This document shows, piece after piece, positions 25,783-35,049 of a stretch of DNA of 64,000 nucleotides. The position numbers and the translations under genes are program-made. The notes under the pieces were generated by a model. The model was not told where the DNA came from, ran no database searches, and worked only from the letters and a program-made list of their open reading frames with translations. How positions within the stretch are numbered: the first letter of the stretch is position 1; every line of letters begins with the position of its first letter. Origin of the DNA: an uncultured Acidobacteriaceae bacterium (lineage in GTDB: Bacteria; Acidobacteriota; Terriglobia; Terriglobales; Acidobacteriaceae); assembly GCA_963758135.1 (NCBI GenBank), contig CAVWUF010000002.1:110822-174821 (forward strand). The letters are read 5' to 3'.

Positions 25783-27615
25783 CTATTCGCCGCCCTGATA
25801 GCGGCGGAGAACGTCATCGAGGGTGAGCATGCCTTCGAGGGTTCCGCGGCTGGCGCGGTTGAGGACCGGGAGCAGCGGCCAGCGAGGGAAATAATGGAGC
25901 GCCGAATCGAGAGGCATATCGGGGAAGAGCAGCGGCGTCCGATCCGGCTTGAGCGCGCGCTGGATTGGCGTTTCAGGCGTGAGGGTGGCAGACGCGCTGG
26001 TCAGCTCGTCCGCGCTCATCGCGTACCAGGATCCATCGATGAGGCGGACCAGGAAGGCGGTTGCGTGTGTTTCAGCGATGGTCCGGGAAGCCGCCTGGAG
26101 GGTGTCGCTCCCCGTCACGAGGGGGACAGTAGCGGGCTGAAGCGCGTCTTCGATGTGGAGGACAGCTTCCTCGCGTTGTTCTTCCATGGAAGGAAGGTCG
26201 AGGCCATCCTGCTGCGTGAAGGTCTCAAAGATGCCGACGGGCTGGAGGCTCCGCGAGATCAGAAAGGCCAGTGTATTGGCAAGGATGATGGGCATCACGA
26301 TGGAGTAATTGCCGCTGACTTCGAGGACCATGAAGACCGAGGTGAGGGGGACGCGCAGAAATCCAGCGAAGAGTACACCCATGCCGACGAGCGAGTAAGC
26401 GCCGACGGTGCCGGTGAGGTGGGGAAAGAAGTGTTTTTCGAAGGCCCCGACCGCGCCACCCAGCATCGCTCCGATGAAGAGGGTGGGCGCGAACATGCCG
26501 CCCGGGGTTCCGCTGGAGAACGAGAGCGTGGTGGCGAGCAGCTTGAGGAAAACGAGGGCCAGAAGAATCTGCCAGACGAACTGGCCGTGGAGGGCCTGAT
26601 CGATGACGTCGTAGCCGGTTCCCATAACCTGGGGGAAGCCGAAGAAACCGATGGCTCCGACGAGAACGCCGGCGACGGCCGGCTGAAGGAAAAGCGTCCA
26701 GCGGGGGAGAGCGCGCAGGCGAGGGCGCAGGTAGCCGAGAATGAGGGAAAAAACGGGGGCGAGAAGGCCGCCGAAGACCCCGAGGACGGCATACGCCATG
26801 AGCTCCCGCGGGTCGCGCACGGTGATGGAGGGAATCCGAAACAAAGGCTCGGGTCCCCAGAACCAGCGCGCGACCACGACGCTGGAGATGGCGGAGAGCA
26901 CCAGAGAACCGAGGACGGCGGCGCTCCAGCTGCCGATGACTTCTTCAATGACGAAGAGGATGGCGGAAATAGGGGCGTTGAAGGCGGCGGCGAGTCCTGC
27001 CGCCGCGCCGATGGGGGCAAACATGCGCAGGCGGCGGCGGGAAAGGTTGAGATTGCGGGCGACGATAGATGCGACGCCAGCGCCGATCTGGAGGGATGGA
27101 TCTTCCGGTCCCAGCGAGTGGCCGCTGCCAATGGCGAGCGCGGAAGTGAGGAACTTGCCGATGACCGTGCGAAAAGAAATGTAACCGTCGTAGATATATA
27201 AAGCGGCCTTGGTTTGGTTGACGCCGCTGCCGCGCGCGGCGGGGAAAAACCAGATGACGAGGGCGGCGACAACGAGGCCGGCCAGGGCCGGGGCGACAAG
27301 CAGCCGATACTGGCCACCATGCGGGGCGGACCCCAAACTGAGCAGCCGGATCCAATCGATTGCAATGCGGAAGGCCACGACGAGCGTGCCGGAGATCACG
27401 CCGATGAAGATGGAAAGGACAAGGAAGAGCCGTTCGTCGCGCGTGGGGGCAATTCTCTCGATGGTCGCGGAAAGACTCGTGCGCGGATGCGGTTCGAGAG
27501 GCAGTCCGGGAGGTGGTGATGGGGGAGGAGGGGAAGAGATGCCGGAGGCGGCTATTTCTGCAACGGTGGCGCCAGAAGGAGGAATTGCCGCGATTTGTAT
27601 CGGTGGGTCTGGCAT
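25783..27615 (-). CDS. ClC-family chloride channel/antiporter with C-terminal CBS pair
   Basis: ClC signatures GSGVNQTK, GPEDPSLQIGAG and GTPGGMFAPTLFIGAMLGG across about 10 TM segments, then a CBS-like C-terminus. The start is taken at ATG 27615, because the longer track ORF (to 27903) would overlap the upstream TPR gene. Confidence 0.85.
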   Translation of the reverse strand: MPDPPIQIAAIPPSGATVAEIAASGISSPPPPSPPPGLPLEPHPRTSLSATIERIAPTRDERLFLVLSIFIGVISGTLVVAFRIAIDWIRLLSLGSAPHGGQYRLLVAPALAGLVVAALVIWFFPAARGSGVNQTKAALYIYDGYISFRTVIGKFLTSALAIGSGHSLGPEDPSLQIGAGVASIVARNLNLSRRRLRMFAPIGAAAGLAAAFNAPISAILFVIEEVIGSWSAAVLGSLVLSAISSVVVARWFWGPEPLFRIPSITVRDPRELMAYAVLGVFGGLLAPVFSLILGYLRPRLRALPRWTLFLQPAVAGVLVGAIGFFGFPQVMGTGYDVIDQALHGQFVWQILLALVFLKLLATTLSFSSGTPGGMFAPTLFIGAMLGGAVGAFEKHFFPHLTGTVGAYSLVGMGVLFAGFLRVPLTSVFMVLEVSGNYSIVMPIILANTLAFLISRSLQPVGIFETFTQQDGLDLPSMEEQREEAVLHIEDALQPATVPLVTGSDTLQAASRTIAETHATAFLVRLIDGSWYAMSADELTSASATLTPETPIQRALKPDRTPLLFPDMPLDSALHYFPRWPLLPVLNRASRGTLEGMLTLDDVLRRYQGGE

Positions 27616-27631
27616 CGATTTTCCTGTTCCG

Positions 27632-28861
27632 CTATTCCTGTTCCACGGCGGCCGGGTGTTGGGCGATGCGCAGCAGGAGAGCGTCATTTCCAGCAGGCGG
27701 GCCACAAACCTGGGCGGTGAGAGTTTCGGTGTCCCAGACGAGTTGGGTGACGGTCTGTTCCAGAGGGGGCTGTTGTTCGAGCTGACGCCGCGTGAGCTGG
27801 GTTGGGAGCTGATCCCAGCGAGAAACCAGGCCGGCAAGCTTTGGGGGAGCAGCGGGATTGGAACTGGCGCAATCGGTGAGCCGCTGCCTGGCGGTTCGCT
27901 CAATGGCGAGGATACGCTCGGCGCGGTTCCAGGGGGCGAGGTCGAAGGCGGGATAAAGCAGAAGGATGTTCTGCGCGGTGTCGAGCATATTGCGTGCGGT
28001 CACTTTTTCATTTTCCGGGACCTGGGCGTCCAGAGGGGTGGCCAAAGCGCGCCCCAGGGAGTCGGCGGCAACACGATACATGCTAAGGGCGAAGGCAGTA
28101 CGACCAGCGCCGAGGAGAGCTGCGACAGGCGGATTGCGAAGTGCGGTGATGGAACGGTAGAGGCCAAGGGCATCCTGAATGGCAGTGGCTTGTTCCAGCA
28201 GGCCGGCGATTTTGAGCTTGATGGCGGGGTTGTCGGGCGCATTGCCGGCAGCGATGAGGAGTTGGGTGCGCGCTGGATTGAATTCGCGGCGGGAAATGAG
28301 GTAGCGCGCCAATTCGAGGCGAACCTCGCGGCGGCGGTCGTATCCATTGCCCTGCCAGGTACCGTCGAGCGCCGATTGGTAGTGGAAGAGGGCCTGGGAT
28401 TCGTTGCCCTCTTTTGCAGCGAGGCGGGCCAGCTGGAGGTTGATGGTGCCGTCGCCGGGCGCGGATTCCCAGAGAGTGGTGAAGTAGACGGTCGCTTCCT
28501 GGGTCTTGCCCGCGTCTGCGAGCGCGGTGGCGAGTTCGATCTCGGTATCGCGGCTGGGCACGTACGCCAGCGCCGAGCGGAGGTCATCGATGGCAATTTC
28601 CGGATGGCCGGCGTGCAGAGCGCTTTCGCCGCGGGCCTTCCAGCGGGCCCCGAGTTCCTGGCGGTGGTTGGTGAAGGAGCGGAACAGAAGGAGGGTGAGG
28701 ATGAAGAGGATAGCGGTAATGAGAAAAAGGCTGATGAGGGATACGGCATCGCGCAGGATCAGCCGCCTCCGGGCCAGCCGTTCTTCCGGGGTGAGGATCG
28801 TGCCCGCGTGCATTGTCGCCATTGTCTCTATCTTCCCAGATTTATGGCGTCTTTCGAGCAT
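27632..28861 (-). CDS. membrane-anchored TPR repeat protein
   Basis: N-terminal TM LISLFLITAILFILTLLLF followed by TPR-like repeats (AIDDLRSALAYVP ..., ATVYFTTLWESAP ..., ALFHYQSALDG ...). The start may be the internal ATG 28822 or 28813. Confidence 0.6.
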   Translation of the reverse strand: MLERRHKSGKIETMATMHAGTILTPEERLARRRLILRDAVSLISLFLITAILFILTLLLFRSFTNHRQELGARWKARGESALHAGHPEIAIDDLRSALAYVPSRDTEIELATALADAGKTQEATVYFTTLWESAPGDGTINLQLARLAAKEGNESQALFHYQSALDGTWQGNGYDRRREVRLELARYLISRREFNPARTQLLIAAGNAPDNPAIKLKIAGLLEQATAIQDALGLYRSITALRNPPVAALLGAGRTAFALSMYRVAADSLGRALATPLDAQVPENEKVTARNMLDTAQNILLLYPAFDLAPWNRAERILAIERTARQRLTDCASSNPAAPPKLAGLVSRWDQLPTQLTRRQLEQQPPLEQTVTQLVWDTETLTAQVCGPPAGNDALLLRIAQHPAAVEQE

Positions 28862-28908
28862 CTCAGCATGAGGCGTGAAATTTCCAATGACAGGGTCCGC
28901 GGGGTAGG

Positions 28909-29778
28909 ATGACGGGTATGGATCGCGCGGTCATGGATCTGGAGAAGAAAGACGCGGCGCTTAAACAGCAGCTGCGGAAGCTGGGCAGCGTGATCGTGGC
29001 GTACTCCGGGGGCGTGGATTCGGCGTACCTGGCGTGGGCGGCGCATCGGGTTCTGGGAGATTCAATGTTGGCCGCCATCGCAGATTCAGCTTCGCTGGCG
29101 CGCAGTCATTATCGTGACGCGGTTGGGTTCGCTGAGGATCATGCGATTCCGCTGCTGGTTCTGGAGACGCGGGAGCTGGAGCGCGAGGCTTACGCGGCCA
29201 ATAACGGCGATCGCTGCTTTCATTGCAAGGATGAGCTGTTTACGGCGCTCGAAGCGGAACGGGCTCGTCGCGGTTTTGGGGCGGTTGCTTACGGATTGAA
29301 TATGGATGATGGGAAGGATTTTCGCCCTGGCCAGCGGGCGGCGGCCGAACACTGTGTAGCGGCGCCTCTTGCCGATGCTGGGCTGAACAAGGCGGAGATT
29401 CGGGCGCTGGCGCAGGCGGCGGGGCTGCGGGTTTGGGACAAGCCGGCGTCGGCGTGCCTTTCGTCGCGCATCGAATATGGACGGCGGGTGACGACGGAGG
29501 CGCTGCGCCAGGTGGAGGATGCCGAGGAGGCGCTGCGTGCGCTGGGGCTGAGGCGGTTCCGGGTGCGGCACCACGGGAGCGTGGCGCGCATTGAAATTGC
29601 GGAGGAGGAGCTGGCGGGGGCGCTTGATCCGGAGTTTTTTCGCAGAATGGCCGGGGCGGTGCGGAGCGCGGGCTTTCCCTATGTCGCAGTGGATTGCGAT
29701 GGGTATCGGTCAGGATCGATGAATGAGTTGCTGCCCGCGGAGATGCTTGCGGGAACTGCGTCTGTCCGGGTTTCGTGA
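28909..29778 (+). CDS. larE: LarE, ATP-dependent sacrificial sulfur transferase (PP-loop)
   Basis: PP-loop VAYSGGVDSAYL, conserved DFRPGQRA, sulfur-donor Cys context PASACLSSRIEYG, and C-terminal VDCDGYRSGSMN. Colinear with LarE as I remember it. Confidence 0.85.
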   Translation: MTGMDRAVMDLEKKDAALKQQLRKLGSVIVAYSGGVDSAYLAWAAHRVLGDSMLAAIADSASLARSHYRDAVGFAEDHAIPLLVLETRELEREAYAANNGDRCFHCKDELFTALEAERARRGFGAVAYGLNMDDGKDFRPGQRAAAEHCVAAPLADAGLNKAEIRALAQAAGLRVWDKPASACLSSRIEYGRRVTTEALRQVEDAEEALRALGLRRFRVRHHGSVARIEIAEEELAGALDPEFFRRMAGAVRSAGFPYVAVDCDGYRSGSMNELLPAEMLAGTASVRVS

Positions 29779-29800
29779 TTTCGTTGTCCTGAATTCTCCT

Positions 29801-31114
29801 ATGAAGATTGGACAGATCGAGTGTTTTGCCGGAATTTCCGGCGATATGCTGCTGGGTGCGCTGATCGATATCGGCGTGCCGCTGGAGCTGCTGCAAAATG
29901 CAGCTGCGGCGTTGGGTATCGGGGCTGAATTGCGGATTCGATCTGTGACTCGCAGCGGGATTCGGGCGACGAAGGTGGATGTGCTGGAGCACGGAGTGCT
30001 CGCCGAAAATGCCGGCCCCGGACGTGCCGACCGCCAGCACACCCATCACGGCGAAGAGGGACACTCGCACAGCCACGAGCATTCACACGTCGGGAGGCAC
30101 GGTGATGCGCACGGGCGAAACTGGCCGCAGATCCGCGCGCTGATCTCAGGCGCCGAGTTGCCGGAGCCGGCGAAGAAGATTGCGCTGCGGGCGTTCGAGT
30201 TGCTGGCCGAGGCTGAGGCGAAGGTGCACGGCATTGCGCCGGAGGAGGTTCATTTTCACGAGGTGGGCGCCGTGGACACGATTACGGACATCGTGTGCGC
30301 CTCAGTGGGATTAGCCTCGCTGGGAGTGGAGACGTGGCGCTGCTCGCCGGTGAATACGGGTAGCGGCTTCGTAAATTGCGCGCATGGACGGATGCCGGTG
30401 CCGGCTCCCGCGACTGCGGAGTTGCTGAAAGGCGTACCGGTGTATGCCGCGGGACCAGCGGTGGAGCTGACCACGCCAACGGGAGCCGCCATGCTCCGGG
30501 CTCTTGAGTGCGCCTTCGATGCGGACAGCCAGGAGGTTGTGGCGACCGCAATTGGCTATGGCGCGGGAGGTCGCGATCCCGAGGGGTTTGCCAATGTGCT
30601 GCGGTTGTCGATTGGGACGCGGGCGGAGACGGGGATGGGAAAGCGGCCGTTTTCAGGGGATCGGGTTGTGGTGCTTGAATGCGCATTGGACGACGCGACG
30701 CCGCAGATTCTGGCGCACGCGATGGAGTTGGCGCTCGAGCATGGCGCCCTCGATGCCATGGCTGCGCCCGTAACGATGAAAAAGGGACGCCTGGGAACGC
30801 TGCTGACGGTGCTTTGCGGGCCGGAGAACGAAGAAGAATTGCAGCGACTGCTGTTTCGAGAGACGACGACGCTGGGGATTCGGCGGCGTGACGAAGCCCG
30901 CGCGATCCTCGAACGTGAATTTGTAACAGTGGATACGCAATTTGGAAGCGTTCGGATGAAGATCGCCTCCGCGGCCGGGGAAATTCTGAACGCAATGCCG
31001 GAATACGAAGACTGCCGGCGCGCGGCGCGGGAGCACGCGGTTGCGCTGCGAGCAGTGATGGAAGCGGCTGTAGCTGCATATGCGGAATTGAAGACGATTA
31101 AGGAAAACGCATGA
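29801..31114 (+). CDS. larC: LarC, nickel insertion cyclometallase (DUF111), single unsplit ORF
   Basis: N-terminus MKIGQIECFAGISGDMLLGALIDIGVP, His-rich tract HTHHGEEGHSHSHEHSHVGRHGDAH, and HFHEVGAVDTITDIV. The track ORF starts at 29723; ATG 29801 fits the family N-terminus. Confidence 0.85.
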   Translation: MKIGQIECFAGISGDMLLGALIDIGVPLELLQNAAAALGIGAELRIRSVTRSGIRATKVDVLEHGVLAENAGPGRADRQHTHHGEEGHSHSHEHSHVGRHGDAHGRNWPQIRALISGAELPEPAKKIALRAFELLAEAEAKVHGIAPEEVHFHEVGAVDTITDIVCASVGLASLGVETWRCSPVNTGSGFVNCAHGRMPVPAPATAELLKGVPVYAAGPAVELTTPTGAAMLRALECAFDADSQEVVATAIGYGAGGRDPEGFANVLRLSIGTRAETGMGKRPFSGDRVVVLECALDDATPQILAHAMELALEHGALDAMAAPVTMKKGRLGTLLTVLCGPENEEELQRLLFRETTTLGIRRRDEARAILEREFVTVDTQFGSVRMKIASAAGEILNAMPEYEDCRRAAREHAVALRAVMEAAVAAYAELKTIKENA

Positions 31115-31935
31115 CGCGCGAGATGATTCTGCAACTGCTGGAGAGCGTGCAAGCGGGGGAGACAACCCCGGCATCGGCGCTGCGCGATCTGGCAAAGATG
31201 CCGTATGAGGATGCGGGGTTCGCGCGGATCGATCATCATCGTGCATTGCGGCTCGGATTGCCGGAGGTGATTTACGCGGCGGGGAAAACTCCGGCGCAGG
31301 TGGCGGAGATATTCTCGCGCATGGCGGCCGCCGGCGGCAGCGTTCTGGCGACCCGCGCCGATGCGGATGCGTACGCGGCGGTGCAGGCGCGCGTTCCCGG
31401 TGCTGCGTATCATGAGCAGGCGCGGATCATCGGGTTGCGATCGGGCGAACGAACCGAAAAGGTTGGGCCCATCGCGGTTGTTTGTGCCGGCACGAGCGAT
31501 CTGCCGGTCGCCGAAGAAGCTGCGACGACCGCGGAGTATCTGGGACTTGAGGTCTCGCGGATTTGGGACGTTGGAGTGGCCGGTCTCCATCGCATCCTTG
31601 CCGCGCGCGAAGGCCTGACGACGGCGCGGGTAGTGATTGTGTGCGCCGGCATGGAAGGCGCGCTTCCCAGCGTAGTAGGGGGATTGGTGGCTGCGCCGGT
31701 AATTGCTGTGCCTACAAGCATCGGGTATGGCGCGGCCTTTGGGGGCATCGCGGCCCTGCTGGGGATGCTGAATTCATGCTCGCCCAATGTGTGCGTCGTG
31801 AATATCGACAACGGATTTGGCGCGGCTTATGTGGCGGCGATGATGGTGAGGCAAATTACCGCGAACACTGTTCAGGGCCCGGACGCGGCGGAGGCCGCAA
31901 ATGGCGCCTCCGCCGCCTCGTCCAATCATCGTTAG
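31111..31935 (+). CDS. larB: LarB, pyridinium-3,5-biscarboxylic acid mononucleotide synthase (PurE-like)
   Basis: PurE-like core IAVVCAGTSDLPVAEEA ... VIVCAGMEGALPSVVGGL ... PVIAVPTSIGYG. ATGA overlap with larC at 31111-31114. Confidence 0.85.
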   Translation: MTREMILQLLESVQAGETTPASALRDLAKMPYEDAGFARIDHHRALRLGLPEVIYAAGKTPAQVAEIFSRMAAAGGSVLATRADADAYAAVQARVPGAAYHEQARIIGLRSGERTEKVGPIAVVCAGTSDLPVAEEAATTAEYLGLEVSRIWDVGVAGLHRILAAREGLTTARVVIVCAGMEGALPSVVGGLVAAPVIAVPTSIGYGAAFGGIAALLGMLNSCSPNVCVVNIDNGFGAAYVAAMMVRQITANTVQGPDAAEAANGASAASSNHR

Positions 31936-32843
31936 GCGACGAGCAGTACTTTGCCCCTGGGGTGGTCGTGTTCGGCAAAGTCCTGGGCCTTGCGCGCTTC
32001 TTCCAGACGAAAAACCTTTGCGATGGGGATATTGAACTCGCCGCGGGCAACGTCCTCCGCCAGTTCGTAGAGGCGTGAGGCATCAGGTTGCGCAAAGACC
32101 GCGTGGACCTGGATGTTTTTGCCGGCAGCTTCTTTTGGCTCGCCAAGAACGGAGCCGAGCACGCCGCCGGGTTTGATGGCTTGCAGCAATTTGGCGATGG
32201 TTTCGCCACCGACGGTGTCTGCGATGGCGTCGAGGTCACGCAAGGTCGCAATATCCTTTTCATCATCGAGCGCCACGACGCGTTCGGCGCCGAGCTTTGC
32301 GGCTTCCTCACGCTGCGAAGATTTAACGCCGGCGATAACGTGAGCGCCATGTTTGCGTGCGACGTAAACAGCGGTGCGGCCGACGCCGCCAATTGCTCCG
32401 GTGACGAGGATGGTCCAGCCGGGCTGCGGTTTGACACCACGCTCGATGAGTTGTGCGCCGGTGGTCAGGACCAGCGGCAATGCCGCGGCCTGCTCGAAGC
32501 TGAGCTTGTCTGGAATGGGGGCGAGAACATCCGCCTTTACGGTGGTGAACTCGGCATAGGTGCCGTTGGCGAGGGCCATCACACGCTGACCCCTTTTGAA
32601 TCCGGTGACGTCGCGCCCGAAGTCGACGACTTCGCCCGCCAGATCGCGGCCGAGGATTGCGGGAAATTCGATGGGCATGCGCGCGCGGGCTGCGCCGCTG
32701 CGCAGCTTCCAGTCAATGGGATTGATGCTCGTCGCGCGAACTCGCACCCGGACCTCGTTCGGGCCGAAGGGCGGTTCCTGCTGATTGGTTTCGTACTGAA
32801 GCTTATCGGTATCGCCGTATTCGTAAAGAACAACCGCTTTCAT
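31932..32843 (-). CDS. NADPH:quinone oxidoreductase / zeta-crystallin-type MDR dehydrogenase
   Basis: MKAVVLYEYGDTDKLQYE ... VRVRVRATSINPIDWKLRSG ... ILVTGAIGGVGRTAVYVAR. AGGAGA lies upstream of ATG 32843. The track ORF extends to 32987, but that extension overlaps the SCO1 gene end. Confidence 0.8.
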   Translation of the reverse strand: MKAVVLYEYGDTDKLQYETNQQEPPFGPNEVRVRVRATSINPIDWKLRSGAARARMPIEFPAILGRDLAGEVVDFGRDVTGFKRGQRVMALANGTYAEFTTVKADVLAPIPDKLSFEQAAALPLVLTTGAQLIERGVKPQPGWTILVTGAIGGVGRTAVYVARKHGAHVIAGVKSSQREEAAKLGAERVVALDDEKDIATLRDLDAIADTVGGETIAKLLQAIKPGGVLGSVLGEPKEAAGKNIQVHAVFAQPDASRLYELAEDVARGEFNIPIAKVFRLEEARKAQDFAEHDHPRGKVLLVA

Positions 32844-32922
32844 CGGGGAATCTCCTCTGCTGTTGGGATGAGGGATCGTGCGGAGGAGTCGCTTTGTTTT
32901 CGGAGCGCAGTCCAGTGACAAA

Positions 32923-33792
32923 TCACACGCCGACCGGCATGTTTTTAGGCTTTTTCGAGAGCAGATAAAGCATGAAGAGAACGGCAAGTAGCGAGCCTAA
33001 ACCGGCGAGCCCGAGGATGCGCAGAATCGCAACGGTGTAGCGGCCCTGGGTGAGGGAATAGCTGCAGCAGTAGAGAAGTACCAGGTCGCTAAGAGTTCCG
33101 ATGCGGTGAGTGCTGGCCTCTATGAGGGCAAGGCGCACGTCCCGCGGCTGGTAGTCGATGCCGAAGAGGTACTTCGACAACCGGCCGTCGGGCGTGGCGA
33201 TCATGATGACGCTGGAATGGGCGAACTGCGTCATCTTGCCATCGGGGCCTGGGACGCGAACGTAATGGAAGCCAGTGGCCTCGGCCAGGTCGGTGATGGA
33301 GGCTTGCGCGCCGGTGAGGAAGTGGACGGAGCTGGCCGCGGGGCCTGAGACGGGCAAATCGATCATGGAGAGGAAGTGCTGTTTTTCGGCTGCTGCATCC
33401 GCGGGCGTGTCAGCGGGGTCAATGCTGGCGACGACAACGTCGTATTCGTGCCCGGCATGAAAGCCGCTCTGGCGCAGGGCCGACGCCATGCCTCGGAGCA
33501 CCTGAGGGCAGAGCATCTGGCAGTTGTAGTACATCAACGCCAACATGACGGGGCGATTGTGGTTGAAGTCGTCGCCGAGCTTTATCTCACGGCCGGATTC
33601 ATCTCTAAAGATGTCGCGGAGGGGCAGCGGCCGGTTGAGGTTCTGTTCGATGCCTGCGTTCTTTTGCCATGCAGGCGCCTGCTGCGCCGTTGCGCCGACG
33701 GGGCGATCGGCCGCGTATTGAGCGCGGGCCGCGATCGGCGCAAGGACGCTGGCAAGAATGAGGAGGCTGAAAGTGGCGCGGCGAAGGATCAC
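32923..33792 (-). CDS. SCO1/SenC-family copper chaperone/thiol-disulfide protein with C-terminal TM
   Basis: Signal peptide, thioredoxin-like fold with the CxxxC motif YYNCQMLCPQVL, conserved His in FAHSSVIMIATPDG, and a C-terminal hydrophobic segment. Confidence 0.8.
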   Translation of the reverse strand: MILRRATFSLLILASVLAPIAARAQYAADRPVGATAQQAPAWQKNAGIEQNLNRPLPLRDIFRDESGREIKLGDDFNHNRPVMLALMYYNCQMLCPQVLRGMASALRQSGFHAGHEYDVVVASIDPADTPADAAAEKQHFLSMIDLPVSGPAASSVHFLTGAQASITDLAEATGFHYVRVPGPDGKMTQFAHSSVIMIATPDGRLSKYLFGIDYQPRDVRLALIEASTHRIGTLSDLVLLYCCSYSLTQGRYTVAILRILGLAGLGSLLAVLFMLYLLSKKPKNMPVGV

Positions 33793-33820
33793 ACCTCAGA
33801 ATACGCCGTGGAACACGACA

Positions 33821-34939
33821 TCAGGGCAGCGGGTGAAGGAGCACGGTTTTTCCCGTGCGCGCGGACTGGCGGGCCGCGTCGAGGATTTGCATGACGATGA
33901 TGTTGGTTTCGAGCGAGGTGAGGTCGTGGTCCGGATCGAGCTCTCCACGAACGACGGCGGCGAGATAGTGGAGGGAGGTGTCCCGCGGTGGAGAAAGCGG
34001 TGGGATGGTCAGTGGGACTTCGGGTGAAGCTTCGGCGACGCGCTCGCGAATCTGATTGGGGTTAATGGCGATGGCGTACCCCGACGTTCCGTAGACTTCC
34101 ATATCTTTGCGACCGAAGGTCCAGTCCCAGGAAGGCATGAGCACGGCCTGCGCATGCGGGTAGCGCAGGATGATCGTGGCGTCGTCATCGACGTGCGGGT
34201 AGATCTGCGGCTTGTCGGTTTGCGTGACGGCCGTGACGCTGAGCGGAGCCTCGCCGTGCATGAGCCATGTCATCAGGTCGGCGCCATAGCAGCCGAAGTC
34301 GTAGAGTGCGCCCGCGCCGTCCTGGGCGGGGTCGGTGAGCCACTCGAGGAATTCGGGCTGAACGCCGATTTCTTTCGGTCCCTGGTGGCCGTCGTGGATG
34401 ACGACTTTGCGAATTTCTCCGAGGCGGTTTTCCTTGAGCAGATCGTAGACAGCTCGATTGCTCGAATACCAGGTGGTTTCGTAATTCACCAGAACCTGGA
34501 TGTGGCGCTCGCTGGCGACCCTACGGATGGCAAGGGCGTCGTCGAGGGAAAGAGTCAGGGGCTTCTCCACCATCACGTCGACGCCGTGGGCGGCGGCGGC
34601 TTCTATGATCCGGCGATGCTGCCCGATGGAGGTATAGACGAGCAGGGCCTGCGGATGCTGGTGGGCGAAGAGGTCATCGAGGGTTGGGTAGAAGAGATCG
34701 GGGTCCAACTGAAATTGCTGCTGGTATTTGGCGCGGAGATTGGGATCGGCGTCGACGATGCCGACCAGTTGCGTCTCGTTTTGCTTCGGGAATTGCTGGA
34801 GAAAGCCGGTGACGTGGCCGTGCTCCAGACCGACGATGGCAACGCGGACAGGCTGCTGGGCGGAGAGCTGGGAAGCGGCGAATACGAGAAGAGCGACGAG
34901 GAGCGAACTCTGTATGAATCTTGACGGCATCAGCGCCAT
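33821..34939 (-). CDS. Gfo/Idh/MocA-family oxidoreductase with signal peptide
   Basis: MALMPSRFIQSSLLVALLVFAASQLSA, then the Rossmann start VRVAIVGLEHGHV and VMVEKPL. The track ORF starts at 35044; ATG 34939 precedes the signal peptide. Confidence 0.8.
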   Translation of the reverse strand: MALMPSRFIQSSLLVALLVFAASQLSAQQPVRVAIVGLEHGHVTGFLQQFPKQNETQLVGIVDADPNLRAKYQQQFQLDPDLFYPTLDDLFAHQHPQALLVYTSIGQHRRIIEAAAAHGVDVMVEKPLTLSLDDALAIRRVASERHIQVLVNYETTWYSSNRAVYDLLKENRLGEIRKVVIHDGHQGPKEIGVQPEFLEWLTDPAQDGAGALYDFGCYGADLMTWLMHGEAPLSVTAVTQTDKPQIYPHVDDDATIILRYPHAQAVLMPSWDWTFGRKDMEVYGTSGYAIAINPNQIRERVAEASPEVPLTIPPLSPPRDTSLHYLAAVVRGELDPDHDLTSLETNIIVMQILDAARQSARTGKTVLLHPLP

Positions 34940-35049
34940 GTTACCTCTTGCGTGTTCCCGCGAGTGCGAGTCGTTGCCACGCTTCTTTGCCGGATGGTAG
35001 GGTGATGCTTTGACCTTTCCAAAGAAAATCGCGAAGGAAATCAACCCAC

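Noticed and set aside
27616-27903. Upstream extension of the ClC ORF to 27903.
   Set aside because: It would overlap the TPR gene (stop at 27632) by about 270 nt, and the extension is S/P-rich. ATG 27615 lies 16 nt after that stop.
31932-31935. Convergent larB and quinone-oxidoreductase genes overlap by their stop codons.
   Set aside because: This is real but trivial. Such 4-nt convergent overlaps are common in compact genomes.
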